Shown here: positions 1 through 10,700 of the stretch, piece after piece
How the letters are laid out: every line of letters begins with the position of its first letter
How positions within the stretch are numbered: the stretch's first letter is position 1
Origin: Candidatus Thalassarchaeum sp.
GTDB taxonomy: Archaea; Thermoplasmatota; Poseidoniia; Poseidoniales; Thalassarchaeaceae
Reading direction: 5' to 3'
Assembly: GCA_016777225.1 (NCBI GenBank)
Contig: JADHRW010000002.1
Location: 1,284 to 65,283, forward strand
DNA: 64,000 nucleotides
Program-made: the position numbers and the translations under genes
The notes under the pieces: model-generated
The model's database searches: none
What the model saw: only the letters and a program-made list of their open reading frames with translations
What the model was told of the DNA's origin: nothing

Positions 1-1884
1 GAAAATCATCGAATTATCATCGACACCATCGCCACCACCGGAAGCGAAAGTCAAACCAGAAACGCTTGCAAGAGAGAAAGTACCACTCTGAGTAGAAGAA
101 ATTGTCATTGAAGTTAATGTCGTATCATCTACATCAGCAATAACTGAGCCAGTAATTGCCTTTGCAACGTCCTCATTAGTAGTGACATCAGCAGCAGTTC
201 CAGACCATGTAGGTACATCGTTTGCAGCAGCGAATGATGTTGTCATTACTGCAGCACCACTCGATGCATCTGAATCATCTTGTACAGTGTAAGTGAACGT
301 AACATCAGTGTTTGAGTTTGCAACTGGTGCTAATCTCAAATGTTGGATATGTGCAGCAAGAATAACATCATTAGCTGAAACATCAGTCCATGATGAACCA
401 TCAGTAGACTTCTCTAAGTCACCACTAGACTCAACTACAGTAATTGTAATTGACTTCAATGCTGTGTCTCCATCATCCACATCTGTGAATGGGAAATCAG
501 AAGTAGCATAGCCAGTGAAGGTAGTATCTTCAGTACCTGATTGAGTTGAAGGAGTCGAAGTAGTAGGTGCGTCATTAGCACCGTTTACTGTTACTGTTAC
601 AGTTATTGAATCAGTTGCTCCAGAGGAATCTGTTGCAACTGCAGTCAAAGTATCAGTCACTTGATCACCTACATCTAGTTGATCAGTATCAGTATCTGCG
701 TTACTTAGTGTGTAAGCCCAAACACCTGTTGCTTCGGTCAGAACCCATGAACCATATGTTCCAGTTAGAGTTTGCGTAGTACCAGCATCTGCACAGTTTG
801 TGCAAGACCAAGTGACTGTTTCGCCATCAGCATCAGTTACAACAAGTGTATCCGTAGCTGTATCTGTCGTATCAGCTACTGCTTCTGTAACTGCTCCTGT
901 GTTGTCAGAATTAGCGATTACAGGATCATCTCCAGCTGCTTCTACAGTAACTGTTGCCGCGATTGCGACTGTTACTGAATCATCTCCTGCTCCAGCAGTT
1001 CCGCCGTTATCTGTCATTGTAGTAATGGTTACTACACGGTTTCCAGCAGTTGGTGATTGGTCAACATTTTTGTATGCAATGCCTTCGATTAATGCTTCCA
1101 TTAATGCATTAGTAAGGCCTGCTGCTGGAGTTAATGTCACAGTAGCAGTATTACTAGTAACGGATACAGCACAAACAAGATTTTGGGCATTGTAAGTAGT
1201 TGTATCTGAGTAACCGTTTGTCAATTCACAGTCTCCACTATTTACTACTAGATATTCAGTAGTATCTGCTACATTGGTTACAGTTAGAACAAGTGAAGTG
1301 AATGTTTGAGTAGCCTGGGAATCAGAATCTGCTGCCGCAGCAGAGCTGTATAACACGAGGTTGCTACCATCTTCAGTGAATGTACCAGTTGCCCCTGTTG
1401 CAGTCAGAGTTGGTTCATCGTTTACCTCAGAAATGGTAATTGTGTAGCTTACTTGTGTTGTTTGGCCACCAGAAGTACCTTGGATAACTATGGTGTTAGC
1501 ACCAACATGAGCATCCAATGGAGTACCCGCTACAGTAGCAGTATTTGCAGAACTGCCACCATCTGTGAATGTAATCCAGCTAGAACAGCCAGAAGTACAT
1601 GCAAGGACGACATCTGTGCCGTCAATATCGTTCCACGTCATCGTGGAACTGTAGGCCACATCTTCAGTACCAGAATTCGTAGGACCTGCCAGGGAGACAG
1701 GGGCTGCGAAACTCTTCGAAGGAGTTTCTTCAAGAACGGTAGCTGTAGAGCTACCGCTGTCATCGTTTATCGCTCCAGCGATCATTACGATCATTATCGC
1801 GGCTGTTAGGCCAAACGCAACTCTTCGAATATCTCGAAGAGTAACGGTTTTCTCACTAGGGCGTGCGTCATTTTGTAGCGGCAT
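1..1884 (-). CDS. Large surface/secreted repeat protein, N-terminal 628 codons (VCBS/cadherin-like plus putative-Ig repeats); ORF runs off the window start
   Basis: Manual minus-strand translation from ATG at 1884 is open all the way to position 1 (628 codons) and is not in the ORF track. N-terminus MPLQNDARPSEKTVTLRDIRRVAFGLTAAIMIVMIAG is a signal anchor. It contains a VCBS-type block (TGTYGSWVLTEATGVWAYTLSNADTDTDQLDVGDQVTDTLTAVATDSSGATDSITVTVTVNGANDAP) and cadherin-like ...EVNDEP / ...AANDVP domain ends. Confidence 0.7.
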   Translation of the reverse strand, partial: MPLQNDARPSEKTVTLRDIRRVAFGLTAAIMIVMIAGAINDDSGSSTATVLEETPSKSFAAPVSLAGPTNSGTEDVAYSSTMTWNDIDGTDVVLACTSGCSSWITFTDGGSSANTATVAGTPLDAHVGANTIVIQGTSGGQTTQVSYTITISEVNDEPTLTATGATGTFTEDGSNLVLYSSAAAADSDSQATQTFTSLVLTVTNVADTTEYLVVNSGDCELTNGYSDTTTYNAQNLVCAVSVTSNTATVTLTPAAGLTNALMEALIEGIAYKNVDQSPTAGNRVVTITTMTDNGGTAGAGDDSVTVAIAATVTVEAAGDDPVIANSDNTGAVTEAVADTTDTATDTLVVTDADGETVTWSCTNCADAGTTQTLTGTYGSWVLTEATGVWAYTLSNADTDTDQLDVGDQVTDTLTAVATDSSGATDSITVTVTVNGANDAPTTSTPSTQSGTEDTTFTGYATSDFPFTDVDDGDTALKSITITVVESSGDLEKSTDGSSWTDVSANDVILAAHIQHLRLAPVANSNTDVTFTYTVQDDSDASSGAAVMTTSFAAANDVPTWSGTAADVTTNEDVAKAITGSVIADVDDTTLTSMTISSTQSGTFSLASVSGLTFASGGGDGVDDNSMIF

Positions 1885-2499
1885 GGCTGCAACCATATAG
1901 GTTGCCACGACTTAATACCATTTAGAAGATATCGGTCCATACCCTTTAGGGTAATAGAGTTAATATCAGGCCGATAATAAAATTTGTATCACAAGGAATC
2001 TTTGAAATCAAGCCTAAATCATAATAAAACGGCTGATAATCAATCAGATGGTAATACACATGTTTTATCAAAAAGCGAAGGTAAATTAAAATTGCTATTT
2101 CAGTTTCTTTTTCTGACTCTGTACAACGAATTTGGAAAAAATGAAAAACACCAGATCTTCTAAGGTAAATAAGAAAAATTATCCTATGAAATGAAGATAA
2201 ATATTCTATCAGGCCGAAGTAACTCTGAGATTCAAATAAGTGACATAATTGCTCCAGTTAGAGAAATATCCTTCGATTAGGCGATAGTAATTTTAAGATT
2301 AGATCGAAGGGTGTTTGTCAGCAGGTTCTGTGTAATATTCTAAATCTAGAAAAATGTGTTTCTTTGGAAGTTACAAACTCTCCTAACCCCCCCTTTGAGG
2401 TACTTTTTTGATAAAAATAACAAATTTAGTATTTAAAGGAAAAATATTAAATCTCTGAATTGAGTAATCATTTCCCAAAAGAGGGTTTGGAAATAAAAT

Positions 2500-2545
2500 A
2501 AAAAAAAGCCGGAACGCCGGGACTCGAAAGTCCCAGCGAACCGGT
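2500..2545 (-). terminator. Hairpin followed by U8 tract downstream of the 1646-aa gene
   Basis: On the minus strand, about 25 nt after the stop at 2570: accgg..gggacTTTCgagtccc..ccggc, an imperfect extended stem with a 6-bp GC-rich core, immediately followed by TTTTTTTT (plus-strand A-run 2500-2507). Confidence 0.45.
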
Positions 2546-2569
2546 TTACGTATTCATTGAACAACGAAT

Positions 2570-5500
2570 CTAAGCTTCGATATCGTCGTATTCTTCGCCG
2601 TCTTCTTCCATGAATTCTTCTGTGAAGTCTTCATCTTCACCGAACTCATCTTCATCACGACCACCACGAGCCTTGTTACCAAGGAACGCTAGTGCCATTA
2701 CAGCCAAACCTACTCCAGCGAATGGAAGAGGGTCAGCTTTCACGTCGTCTAGAAGACCAAGCGGTTCGCCATTATCACCTAATCCGTCACCATTGTTGTC
2801 GAATTGTTCTGTTGGATCCCACTTGAATGCGTCCTCTCCTGCTTGGATATCATTTTCATCCACAGGGTCGAGGTAACCGTCACCATCATCATCAGGGTCG
2901 ATTGCATTACAAAGGCCATCACCAATTATTACTTCAGGCATATCATCTGGAGTACCATAAACTCCATCTGCACCAGGACTTGTTTCATTGTCGATTGGCA
3001 TGACATTAGCATTTCTTGAGTCTCCTTGACCGCCAGCTGCAGCACAGATTACTTCTGTAACATCTAACCAACCATCACCGTCGTCATCTTGGTCAGTGTT
3101 GTCTCCAACATTGTCACCGTCAAGATCAATTTGCTCGCTTGGGTCCAGTGGGAAAGCATCGTCGATATCGATTGTTCCATCATTATCGTCATCACCGTCT
3201 GTTGCATCACAATCATTGTCACCATCATTATCTGCTGGGACTGAGAAAGCATCCATTGGGTCTGTTCCACAGTTAGGCTCGACTGAATCTAACCATCCGT
3301 CACCGTCGTCATCAGAATCACTATAGTCGCCAATTCCGTCACCATCTAAGTCAGTGTTTTCATTAGCATCGTATGGGAAAGCATCGTTAATATCGGCTAC
3401 TCCATCTCCATCATCGTCCGTGTCAACCTTGTCACAAATCATATCTCCATCGAAATCATCTGGTACGGAAGTAGAATCAAGTCCGTCACTTCCACAAGCT
3501 AATTCCTCAGCATCTGTCCATGAATCAGCGTCATCATTTAGATCAGCATTGTTTCCAACGCCGTCACCATCCGTGTCAACTGTTTCAAATGAGTCGTATG
3601 GGAATGCATCATCAACATCGAGAACTAAGTCGTTATCGTCGTCAATATCTGCATTGTCTCCAATACTGTCACCATCGAAATCAGCCCACTCACTAGGGTC
3701 TTCTGGGAAGACGTCGGCGTCATTATCGAATCCGTCACCATCAAGATCGTTATCAATTTCGTCACATATTCCGTCCAAATCTTGGTCGGTTGGTATGCTA
3801 GTCAAATCCATTGGGTCTGAAGCACATTCAACTTCAACTATATCCTCGTAGCCATCATTGTCATCATCTAAATCTGAATTATCGCCAATTCTGTCGCCGT
3901 CATTATCAGCCCATTCTGTACTATTCATTGGGAATTCATCAACTAGGTCATCGTATCCATCGTTGTCATCATCCATATCCATTATATCACAAACTGAGTC
4001 ATTATCGAAATCAGTTGGAACTGAAGCAGCATCGAATGGGTCAGTTAGACAATCGAATTCGTCAGTGTCATTCCACATATCGTTATCATTATCTAAGTCG
4101 CTGTTGTCACCAAGACCATCACCGTCATTATCAGTAGTTTCATTGAAATCATATGGGAAGTCATCTTCTGAGTCAATAACTCCATCTCCATCAGAATCCT
4201 GATCTAATGGGTCACATATTCCATCAGCATCTGTGTCATCAGGAACACTTGTTGCATTAAGTGGGTCTGAACCACAAGCTGTTTCCATGTCATCATACCA
4301 TCCATCTCCATCAGCATCTAATGTGTAGAATGTGATTGTTATGTTGTAATCCTGACCGTCATCTCCAGTTAAATAACCAGCCCAATTTCTAACACCAATC
4401 ATGTTAACTTGATCTCCATAGTAAGCACTAGTACTACTAGAGTTCCAAGATGGTGTTGAAGAACTATAAGTTGGTGCCCCATAAGCAATATTTGCGGAAC
4501 CTGTACCAAATATATCTAATAGTAGCCATGTATTATATCCAGGAGCGAAGTAAGATATCCCATCGTGCTGTAACAGAACATTATATCCAAAGTTTGCTGG
4601 AACGTCGAACGTGTATCTGTCAGTTGTATCAACATCTCCATGATTCCAACCTTCAAAGAAAAGAGTGTTGTTTGTCATGTTGTTGTAATCGTTAACATGT
4701 ATTGCATCACTTTCTCCAGAACCTGCATCTGCACCAGATCCAGCATCATCTTGTATACCGCCTTCAAGGTTTGCAAGTGAAAGGAACTGTAGATCCATAG
4801 TGTATGTCGTATCTACTGCACCATATGTGTAAATTCCAATAGTTAACCAACCACCAGTTGTTACCCATAGACCAGAAATTCCAGATGTTGAACCTGTGTT
4901 ACCGGACTGTTGTGATACGAAGTAGCCTAGGTTTGTTGGACTGCATGGTTGTGTCTGAATCATACATTTGTACATGTATGTGTATACATATTGTGGCGTT
5001 GATCCAGGTTCCCACGATACGTTCATTTGCAAGTATTTTCCAGATGGAACTAAAATATTGTAGTAATCTCTCTCGTCCCATAAATCTGAAATCCAACCAG
5101 TGCATGTACCGCCTACATCGTCAGCATCTCCATTTGCATCAATTTGTGTACTTGCATTTAACCAAGTGTTACCACCTGGATGAGTGTAGATATTGTCTGA
5201 TGCATCAACACCAGTTCCACAGTCATCAGGATTAGCTCCAGGTTCGTTAGCAGGAGTAATCATTGTAATATCAAGTGTGTATTCACCGCTTCCTCTATCT
5301 GTAGTTACTACAATGAATAGAGGTTGACCACCATAATTGTAAGGTGCACTGCAAGACTCTGGATTATCACCGTAAGAGCTGCATGCTGTGTATAATGAAG
5401 TTGTACTGTAAGGACTAGGATATTTGAGCTGTAACTCTAAATCATTCTGTATAGGGAATGTCAAATCAACCATCAAAGCATATCCTTGAGGGATATAAAT

Positions 5501-7510
5501 TTCATACATGTCGTAATTATCCCAACTGTCATGTCCATAACCAGTAAGAGTATTATTCATTGAAGGTATTACATTTGCACCTACTCTTGAAAAACTACTG
5601 TCATGAGCATCTACACCGAGACCTGCATCATTTTGGTATACGCTTTCTACTGGTTCTATAGATGCATTGAATATCGACCATGATAGTGTGTAGTTATGCT
5701 CCACATCATCAGGTAATGATGCAACCATAACTCGAAGCCATAATGTTGATTCTTCAGTCATCGCTGCATTCCATGTGTATGATTCGTTAGAAGCAACTGC
5801 TTGCGGGTTAAAACTAGTTGAGGTAGATAAAGTCGATGCAGCGCCATTATTATCCATATATTGGTATAAGTAGAAATTTTCATTATCATCTCCAGCAGTC
5901 CAATCAAGACGAGCCCAAAGGCCGTGGTATGCAGGTACTGTAAATTCGTACCAATCTTCATCATCGTAACCATCACAAGCCATTCCTTGAATTGTTCCCG
6001 ACATTCCCATTGAAGTCAAATCCATAGGAGATGCGTCCGGGTCAGTTGTATCGTCGTCTGCAGCATCTAAGCCAGATCCTGCATCATCTTGTATTCCACA
6101 TGGAGGAGGGACTGTAGGCGTTAGTTGGATTGTTAATTCATAACCTGCCCATGATGAAAAACCGTAATAATAGTCGACTTTGATGAAAACAGTAGTATTT
6201 GTCACTGCACCGCCTAAATCAATAAATTCTCCAGGTGTTCCAGTCCAAGCGTAAGCAATCATTCCAGTTTCGTCTATATTAGAGAAAACATACAAATCAA
6301 GATCTGCATTCTCTTCCCACTCTAATGTTATGTTGGACTGGAATCCTTCCGGTATTGTTAACGCCCAAAGATCACTTGAGTCTGTTGAACCAACCATTCC
6401 TGAACCACTATCAAATAAGGTAAATGCATCACCAGTCAACTCCCCTGTCACAGAACCAAGAGATGAAACTACTGCTAGGTGCATACCACCATCGCCCCAA
6501 CTGTCAGCTAGATTAATTGTCCAAGCACCTGCAATAGTGTCAGAATATGGACCTGTAGTACCGGTTGCATAGTTGCTAAATCCTGAGGTCACAGAGTATG
6601 ATGTCCCTGATGGACTTGTAAGTGAGTAACTGCTCTCAGATGCCCATGCATCAGCAGTCCACTGAATTAGGAATTCCTCACTTGCATCAGTTGTTGTATA
6701 TGAATCTGATATTGAGCTCCACCACATACCTGCTGGATAGCCTGCAGGATTACTAGATGAACCACCCATTGCTGTATCACCTGAATCAAGCGCCATTGCA
6801 GGACCAGTTAATCCGATTAAACTATCTCCAGCTATACCATTATCTGCTGGATAGACGTCTACAGTCATTGTATAATCATTGTAAGTAGTGGCTGCATTCC
6901 GGTAACTTGTTACTAAAATTGTCATTTCATCTCCTGCTAGATCTACTGGGAAACTTGCGGAAGTTGAACCATAGTTCCCTGCTACTGACCCGTCAGTACC
7001 TAATGAAAGAGAACCTGTGTTGGAATAGTATCGGTAAGCCCATGCATTTCCACTAAAAGTACTGTAACTTGTTTGGTCAGTCCCTCCTATTGAGAAATAG
7101 TAAGCATAAGTATCAGAATACGTGTAAGAACCTGATGTTGAATGATTCCATTCCAAAGTTGCAGTAACCCCATAGCCTGCTGGTGCATCAATAAGATACA
7201 TATCTTTGTTAGCATCTAGTAAAGTACTAGTTGACGTAGTAACTATTTCACCGTAAAATGTCACTGACTCATTCGAGCCAGTCCAGTCGAAGAAATCTGT
7301 AATGTCAGCAGCTGTGCTGTAAGAATATCCTGCATCCGTCCCTAGGCAGGCATCATAACCTCCACAAGGTGTTGGAACCGAATCCATCACTACTTTCTCA
7401 CCCATTAATTCGGGTTCAGTAGGTATGTCCGCAAACGGGACCATAACTGAGGCAATCATCAAAAGGGCTAGCGTAACAGAGCGGAGGGTGTTGCTTTGCA
7501 TGGGTATCAC
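2570..7510 (-). CDS. Giant membrane-anchored surface protein: several PPC-like beta-sandwich domains, a thrombospondin type-3 (TSP3) Ca-binding repeat array, a C-terminal TM helix and an acidic tail
   Basis: 1646-aa ORF with an N-terminal signal (SVTLALLMIASVMVPFA). Recurrent domain-initial motifs DDAGSGLDA / NDAGLGVDA / DDCGTGVDA / QDDAGSGADA are each followed by a D..D.Y.F...dLdLy-type sandwich. The C-terminal half is DxDxDGxxDxxD repeats. TM PLPFAGVGLAVMALAFLG is followed by an Asp/Glu-rich tail. The first codon at 7510 is GTG; an ATG at 7501 is an alternative start. Confidence 0.85.
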   Translation of the reverse strand: MIPMQSNTLRSVTLALLMIASVMVPFADIPTEPELMGEKVVMDSVPTPCGGYDACLGTDAGYSYSTAADITDFFDWTGSNESVTFYGEIVTTSTSTLLDANKDMYLIDAPAGYGVTATLEWNHSTSGSYTYSDTYAYYFSIGGTDQTSYSTFSGNAWAYRYYSNTGSLSLGTDGSVAGNYGSTSASFPVDLAGDEMTILVTSYRNAATTYNDYTMTVDVYPADNGIAGDSLIGLTGPAMALDSGDTAMGGSSSNPAGYPAGMWWSSISDSYTTTDASEEFLIQWTADAWASESSYSLTSPSGTSYSVTSGFSNYATGTTGPYSDTIAGAWTINLADSWGDGGMHLAVVSSLGSVTGELTGDAFTLFDSGSGMVGSTDSSDLWALTIPEGFQSNITLEWEENADLDLYVFSNIDETGMIAYAWTGTPGEFIDLGGAVTNTTVFIKVDYYYGFSSWAGYELTIQLTPTVPPPCGIQDDAGSGLDAADDDTTDPDASPMDLTSMGMSGTIQGMACDGYDDEDWYEFTVPAYHGLWARLDWTAGDDNENFYLYQYMDNNGAASTLSTSTSFNPQAVASNESYTWNAAMTEESTLWLRVMVASLPDDVEHNYTLSWSIFNASIEPVESVYQNDAGLGVDAHDSSFSRVGANVIPSMNNTLTGYGHDSWDNYDMYEIYIPQGYALMVDLTFPIQNDLELQLKYPSPYSTTSLYTACSSYGDNPESCSAPYNYGGQPLFIVVTTDRGSGEYTLDITMITPANEPGANPDDCGTGVDASDNIYTHPGGNTWLNASTQIDANGDADDVGGTCTGWISDLWDERDYYNILVPSGKYLQMNVSWEPGSTPQYVYTYMYKCMIQTQPCSPTNLGYFVSQQSGNTGSTSGISGLWVTTGGWLTIGIYTYGAVDTTYTMDLQFLSLANLEGGIQDDAGSGADAGSGESDAIHVNDYNNMTNNTLFFEGWNHGDVDTTDRYTFDVPANFGYNVLLQHDGISYFAPGYNTWLLLDIFGTGSANIAYGAPTYSSSTPSWNSSSTSAYYGDQVNMIGVRNWAGYLTGDDGQDYNITITFYTLDADGDGWYDDMETACGSDPLNATSVPDDTDADGICDPLDQDSDGDGVIDSEDDFPYDFNETTDNDGDGLGDNSDLDNDNDMWNDTDEFDCLTDPFDAASVPTDFDNDSVCDIMDMDDDNDGYDDLVDEFPMNSTEWADNDGDRIGDNSDLDDDNDGYEDIVEVECASDPMDLTSIPTDQDLDGICDEIDNDLDGDGFDNDADVFPEDPSEWADFDGDSIGDNADIDDDNDLVLDVDDAFPYDSFETVDTDGDGVGNNADLNDDADSWTDAEELACGSDGLDSTSVPDDFDGDMICDKVDTDDDGDGVADINDAFPYDANENTDLDGDGIGDYSDSDDDGDGWLDSVEPNCGTDPMDAFSVPADNDGDNDCDATDGDDDNDGTIDIDDAFPLDPSEQIDLDGDNVGDNTDQDDDGDGWLDVTEVICAAAGGQGDSRNANVMPIDNETSPGADGVYGTPDDMPEVIIGDGLCNAIDPDDDGDGYLDPVDENDIQAGEDAFKWDPTEQFDNNGDGLGDNGEPLGLLDDVKADPLPFAGVGLAVMALAFLGNKARGGRDEDEFGEDEDFTEEFMEEDGEEYDDIEA
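2765..4322 (-). repeat. Coding super-repeat array (TSP3-type acidic Ca-binding loops plus Cys-pair module), about 70-75 aa period
   Basis: Repeated unit: ..CG[ST]DP....S[VI]P.D.D.DG.CD..D.DDDGDG..D..D.FP.D..E..D.DGDG.GDN.D.DDD.DG[WY].D. Confidence 0.8.
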
Positions 7511-7511
7511 T

Positions 7512-7541
7512 AACGTGCATCACACGTTGCAAAGGATATAA
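7512..7541 (-). promoter_or_regulatory. Putative TATA box plus inverted repeat upstream of the 1646-aa gene
   Basis: Minus strand reads cTTATATCC (7541-7534), then inverted repeat AACGTG-n5-CACGTT (7512-7528), then the start codons at 7510/7501. The spacing implies a very short or absent leader. Confidence 0.3.
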
Positions 7542-7724
7542 GAATACCGACAGATGCTCATTACTACACTGATTTATCCACGTATGTGTAAAATGATGCA
7601 TTGAGCCTCTATATCGCTATTTATTGTATATAAGTAACCATTAGTCTTTGAGCCATATCAAAAAATACACCCAATGTTTTATCCTTCAAGTTTGAAAAAA
7701 ATATTCATTTAATCTATCATGAAA

Positions 7725-10700
7725 TTATTTATTGGATTGATTATTTGTTAATTTTATCCAGGACTCGTCTTCTCTTTCTTCCCATACACCAATCCCTTGA
7801 CCAGTATACTGTAGAGGATCTGTATTCGTATAATCACCACCAGGTGGTAAGTCTTCCCAAGTTGAAACGATTTCAGGTACATTAACAGTAGTTGAAACAG
7901 ATTCAAATCCAGGTGGAGGTGGAGGTATCCTAGCACCAGATTGTATTTCTGGCATCGGAGGCGCCTCTGGTACTGAAGATTCAGGCAAAGGAGGCTTTTC
8001 TGGCATTGGTGGTGCCTCTGGTACTGAAGATTCAGGCATGGGAGGCTTTTCTGGCATTGGAGGCGCATCTGGTACTGAGTTATCTTCATCAAATACCATA
8101 TCTTGTTCTGTGTAATCAGTCATATCAGTACCTCTTTGATATGATAAAGCACTCTCAGGAGTACGCTTTTTTACAGTATATACTACTACTGAACCACCAA
8201 TCATAGCAATTATCACAAATAATATTAAAAATGTAGGTACAGGATTGAGAGCCATTTTGTCAGTAATAGATAATGGATACGCATTATCTCCCTTACCGTC
8301 ACCGTTACGATCTTCCCATTCAAGAGGGTCTTCAGGGAATTTATCGACTTGATTGAGAATATTATCTCCATCCTTATCGGCATCGAGTAAATCACAAGTA
8401 CCATCTCCATCTAAATCAGAAGGGATTGAATTACTTGACACAGAGCTTGTCTGGCATAATGCTTCTACGGTATCTGCCCATCCATCACCATCATCATCAG
8501 AATCTGTATTATCTCCCTTTCCATCTGAGTCAGTGTCCATTTGCTCAGTTGGGTCCATAGGGAATGCATCATCAATATCGGGAACCAAGTCATTATCATC
8601 GTCATTATCGACAAGATCACAAAGCCAGTCCTGATCAAAATCAAGAGGAATTGAACTACCATCTAGTGGATCAGTACCACAATTAGGCTCATAAATATCT
8701 AACCAATTGTCGCCATCATCATCATCATCGAAATTATCACCTATACCATCAAAATCGGTATCATCCCATTCTGCATTATCATTAGGGAACATATCTGAGA
8801 TATCGGGGACACCATCATTATCATCATCATCATCCACTAAATCACAGACACCATCAGCATCATAATCTACAGGTATTTGTAGAGAAGACATTGAGTCAGT
8901 ATTACATGATTCTTCATCTAAATCTGACCAGCCGTCGTTATCATCATCAGTATCTGAATTATCGCCGAGGCCGTCATTATCATTATCTACCCATTCTGTA
9001 GAATCTAGAGGAAAGGCATCGTATGCATCGGAAATAGAGTCTCCATCATCATCACCATCTAAATTATTGCCAATTCCATCGTTATCCGTATCAAACCATT
9101 CAGACATATCTGCAGGGAATGCATCTATTGCATTAGGATAATTATCCCCATCCATATCACCATCCATTAAATCACAAGAGCCGTCACCATCTAAGTCAGA
9201 AGGTATTGAGAAAGCACTTAGAGGATCTGAGTCGCATGAAGTCTCAATATTATCTGAATATCCATCTCCATCATCATCTGTATCCGCATTATTTCCTATG
9301 CCATCAAGGTCTGAATCATACCATTCTTCATCATTCATTGGGAATATATCTTCAGTATCTGCATATCCATCGTTGTCATCATCATCATCTATTGCATCAC
9401 AAGTAAGATCACTGTCAAAATCAGCAGGTATACTATTCCCAAGGAGTGGATCAGAACCGCATTCTAATTCTTCAGAGTCAGTAAAACCATCCCCATCATC
9501 GTCAGAATCAGCATTATTACCAATATTATCATTATCTGTATCCTCCCATTCAGATGAGTCGAGAGGGAAAGTATCATTCGCATCCTCGACGTTATCTCCA
9601 TCATCATCCATATCTAATGAGTCACAAAGACCGTCAGAATCAGTATCAACAGGTACACTATTATTATCTTCGGGATCGCTACCGCAATCTTCTTCTGTCA
9701 TATCATAGAAACCATCACCATCTGAATCTAGTGTAAAGAACCACCAAGACATTCCATAATCACCCTCACCAGAAGTTGCACGGACCTGAACTAAAACATC
9801 CATGCCTTCAACAATCATTCCAGGATAAGTCCCCGAGCCGTTTGAAGTTACATATTCTGGATTATTGACACTTGAATAATCAATAGTATTAGTCTGATCA
9901 TCACCTAAAATAACTTGAAAATCCACATTTGTAGCATTGAACCATACTGAAACAGCAACTCCATATCCCATTGGTACATTTGCCTGATAGTTGTCATTAA
10001 GATCATCATTTAGTGACCCCCAACCGTTGAAGCTATTGTTGACAGAAACCGCATTAATAAGTAAATTTGTAGGATTTAAGTAATCATTTGAGGCGTCTCC
10101 TCCAGTACCTGCATCATCTTGATTGTTAACAGGTGCATTAGTCATATCAACAAAATTAAATGATAAATTATAGTCATGAGAACCACTACCAAGAGTACCA
10201 TATGCAAGTGCTTTGAAAAATAAGTCACTACCTCCATAATTATTCACGGAAATATTCTCAGGATTATTGAACCAACTGTAAGTAATTATTGTACCTGAGT
10301 CATCATAAACTTCTAAATCTAAATCAGCAGTGGAATTCCAACTTAATGAAGCACTTACTCCAAAATTTGCTGGCATAGAGATCTTGTAATAATCACTAAC
10401 ATCAGTTGAATAAGTAACCTCACCCCAAAACGACATATTCGTAGCATTCAATACCATTGCAGAAGCCATTGTATCCCCTGCATCATTACCAGTCCCTGCA
10501 TCGTAACCATTTGTACCATTACCCGTACTGCCGCCACCTCCACCACCAGTAGAGAATATCCAGACTTGCAGCGTATATTGACCGCTACCGGTCCATTGTT
10601 CAATACGGATGTAGACTGTAGTTCCGCCTACATTAGTTCCATTAGAAGTGACTTCATCAGTACCTGTTGTAAAACTAGTGTCAATTGAACCACCACTACT

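Noticed and set aside
293-1809. + strand ORFs (72, 68, 131 and 118 aa).
   Set aside because: A continuous 628-codon minus-strand frame with signal anchor and adhesin repeats covers the whole interval. The + strand ORFs have low-complexity, Cys/Ser-rich nonsense composition.
1964-2217. An 11-nt direct repeat TATCAGGCCGA (1964-1974 and 2207-2217) in the 685-bp spacer.
   Set aside because: A single 11-mer recurrence in 64 kb is within chance expectation, and no associated structure or ORF is present.
2610-4202. A chain of + strand ORFs (71-165 aa) rich in Ser/Pro.
   Set aside because: They are antisense to the TSP3 repeat array. GAT/GAC-rich Asp codons read as ATC/GTC (Ser/Ile-rich when frame-shifted) on the opposite strand, and no start or promoter context supports them.
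8353-9736. + strand ORFs of 60-136 aa inside the 1084-aa gene. The periodic DNA also briefly looked like a CRISPR-type array.
   Set aside because: This is the same antisense artefact. The periodicity is an in-frame coding super-repeat of about 225 bp with divergent copies, not short identical repeats separated by unique spacers.
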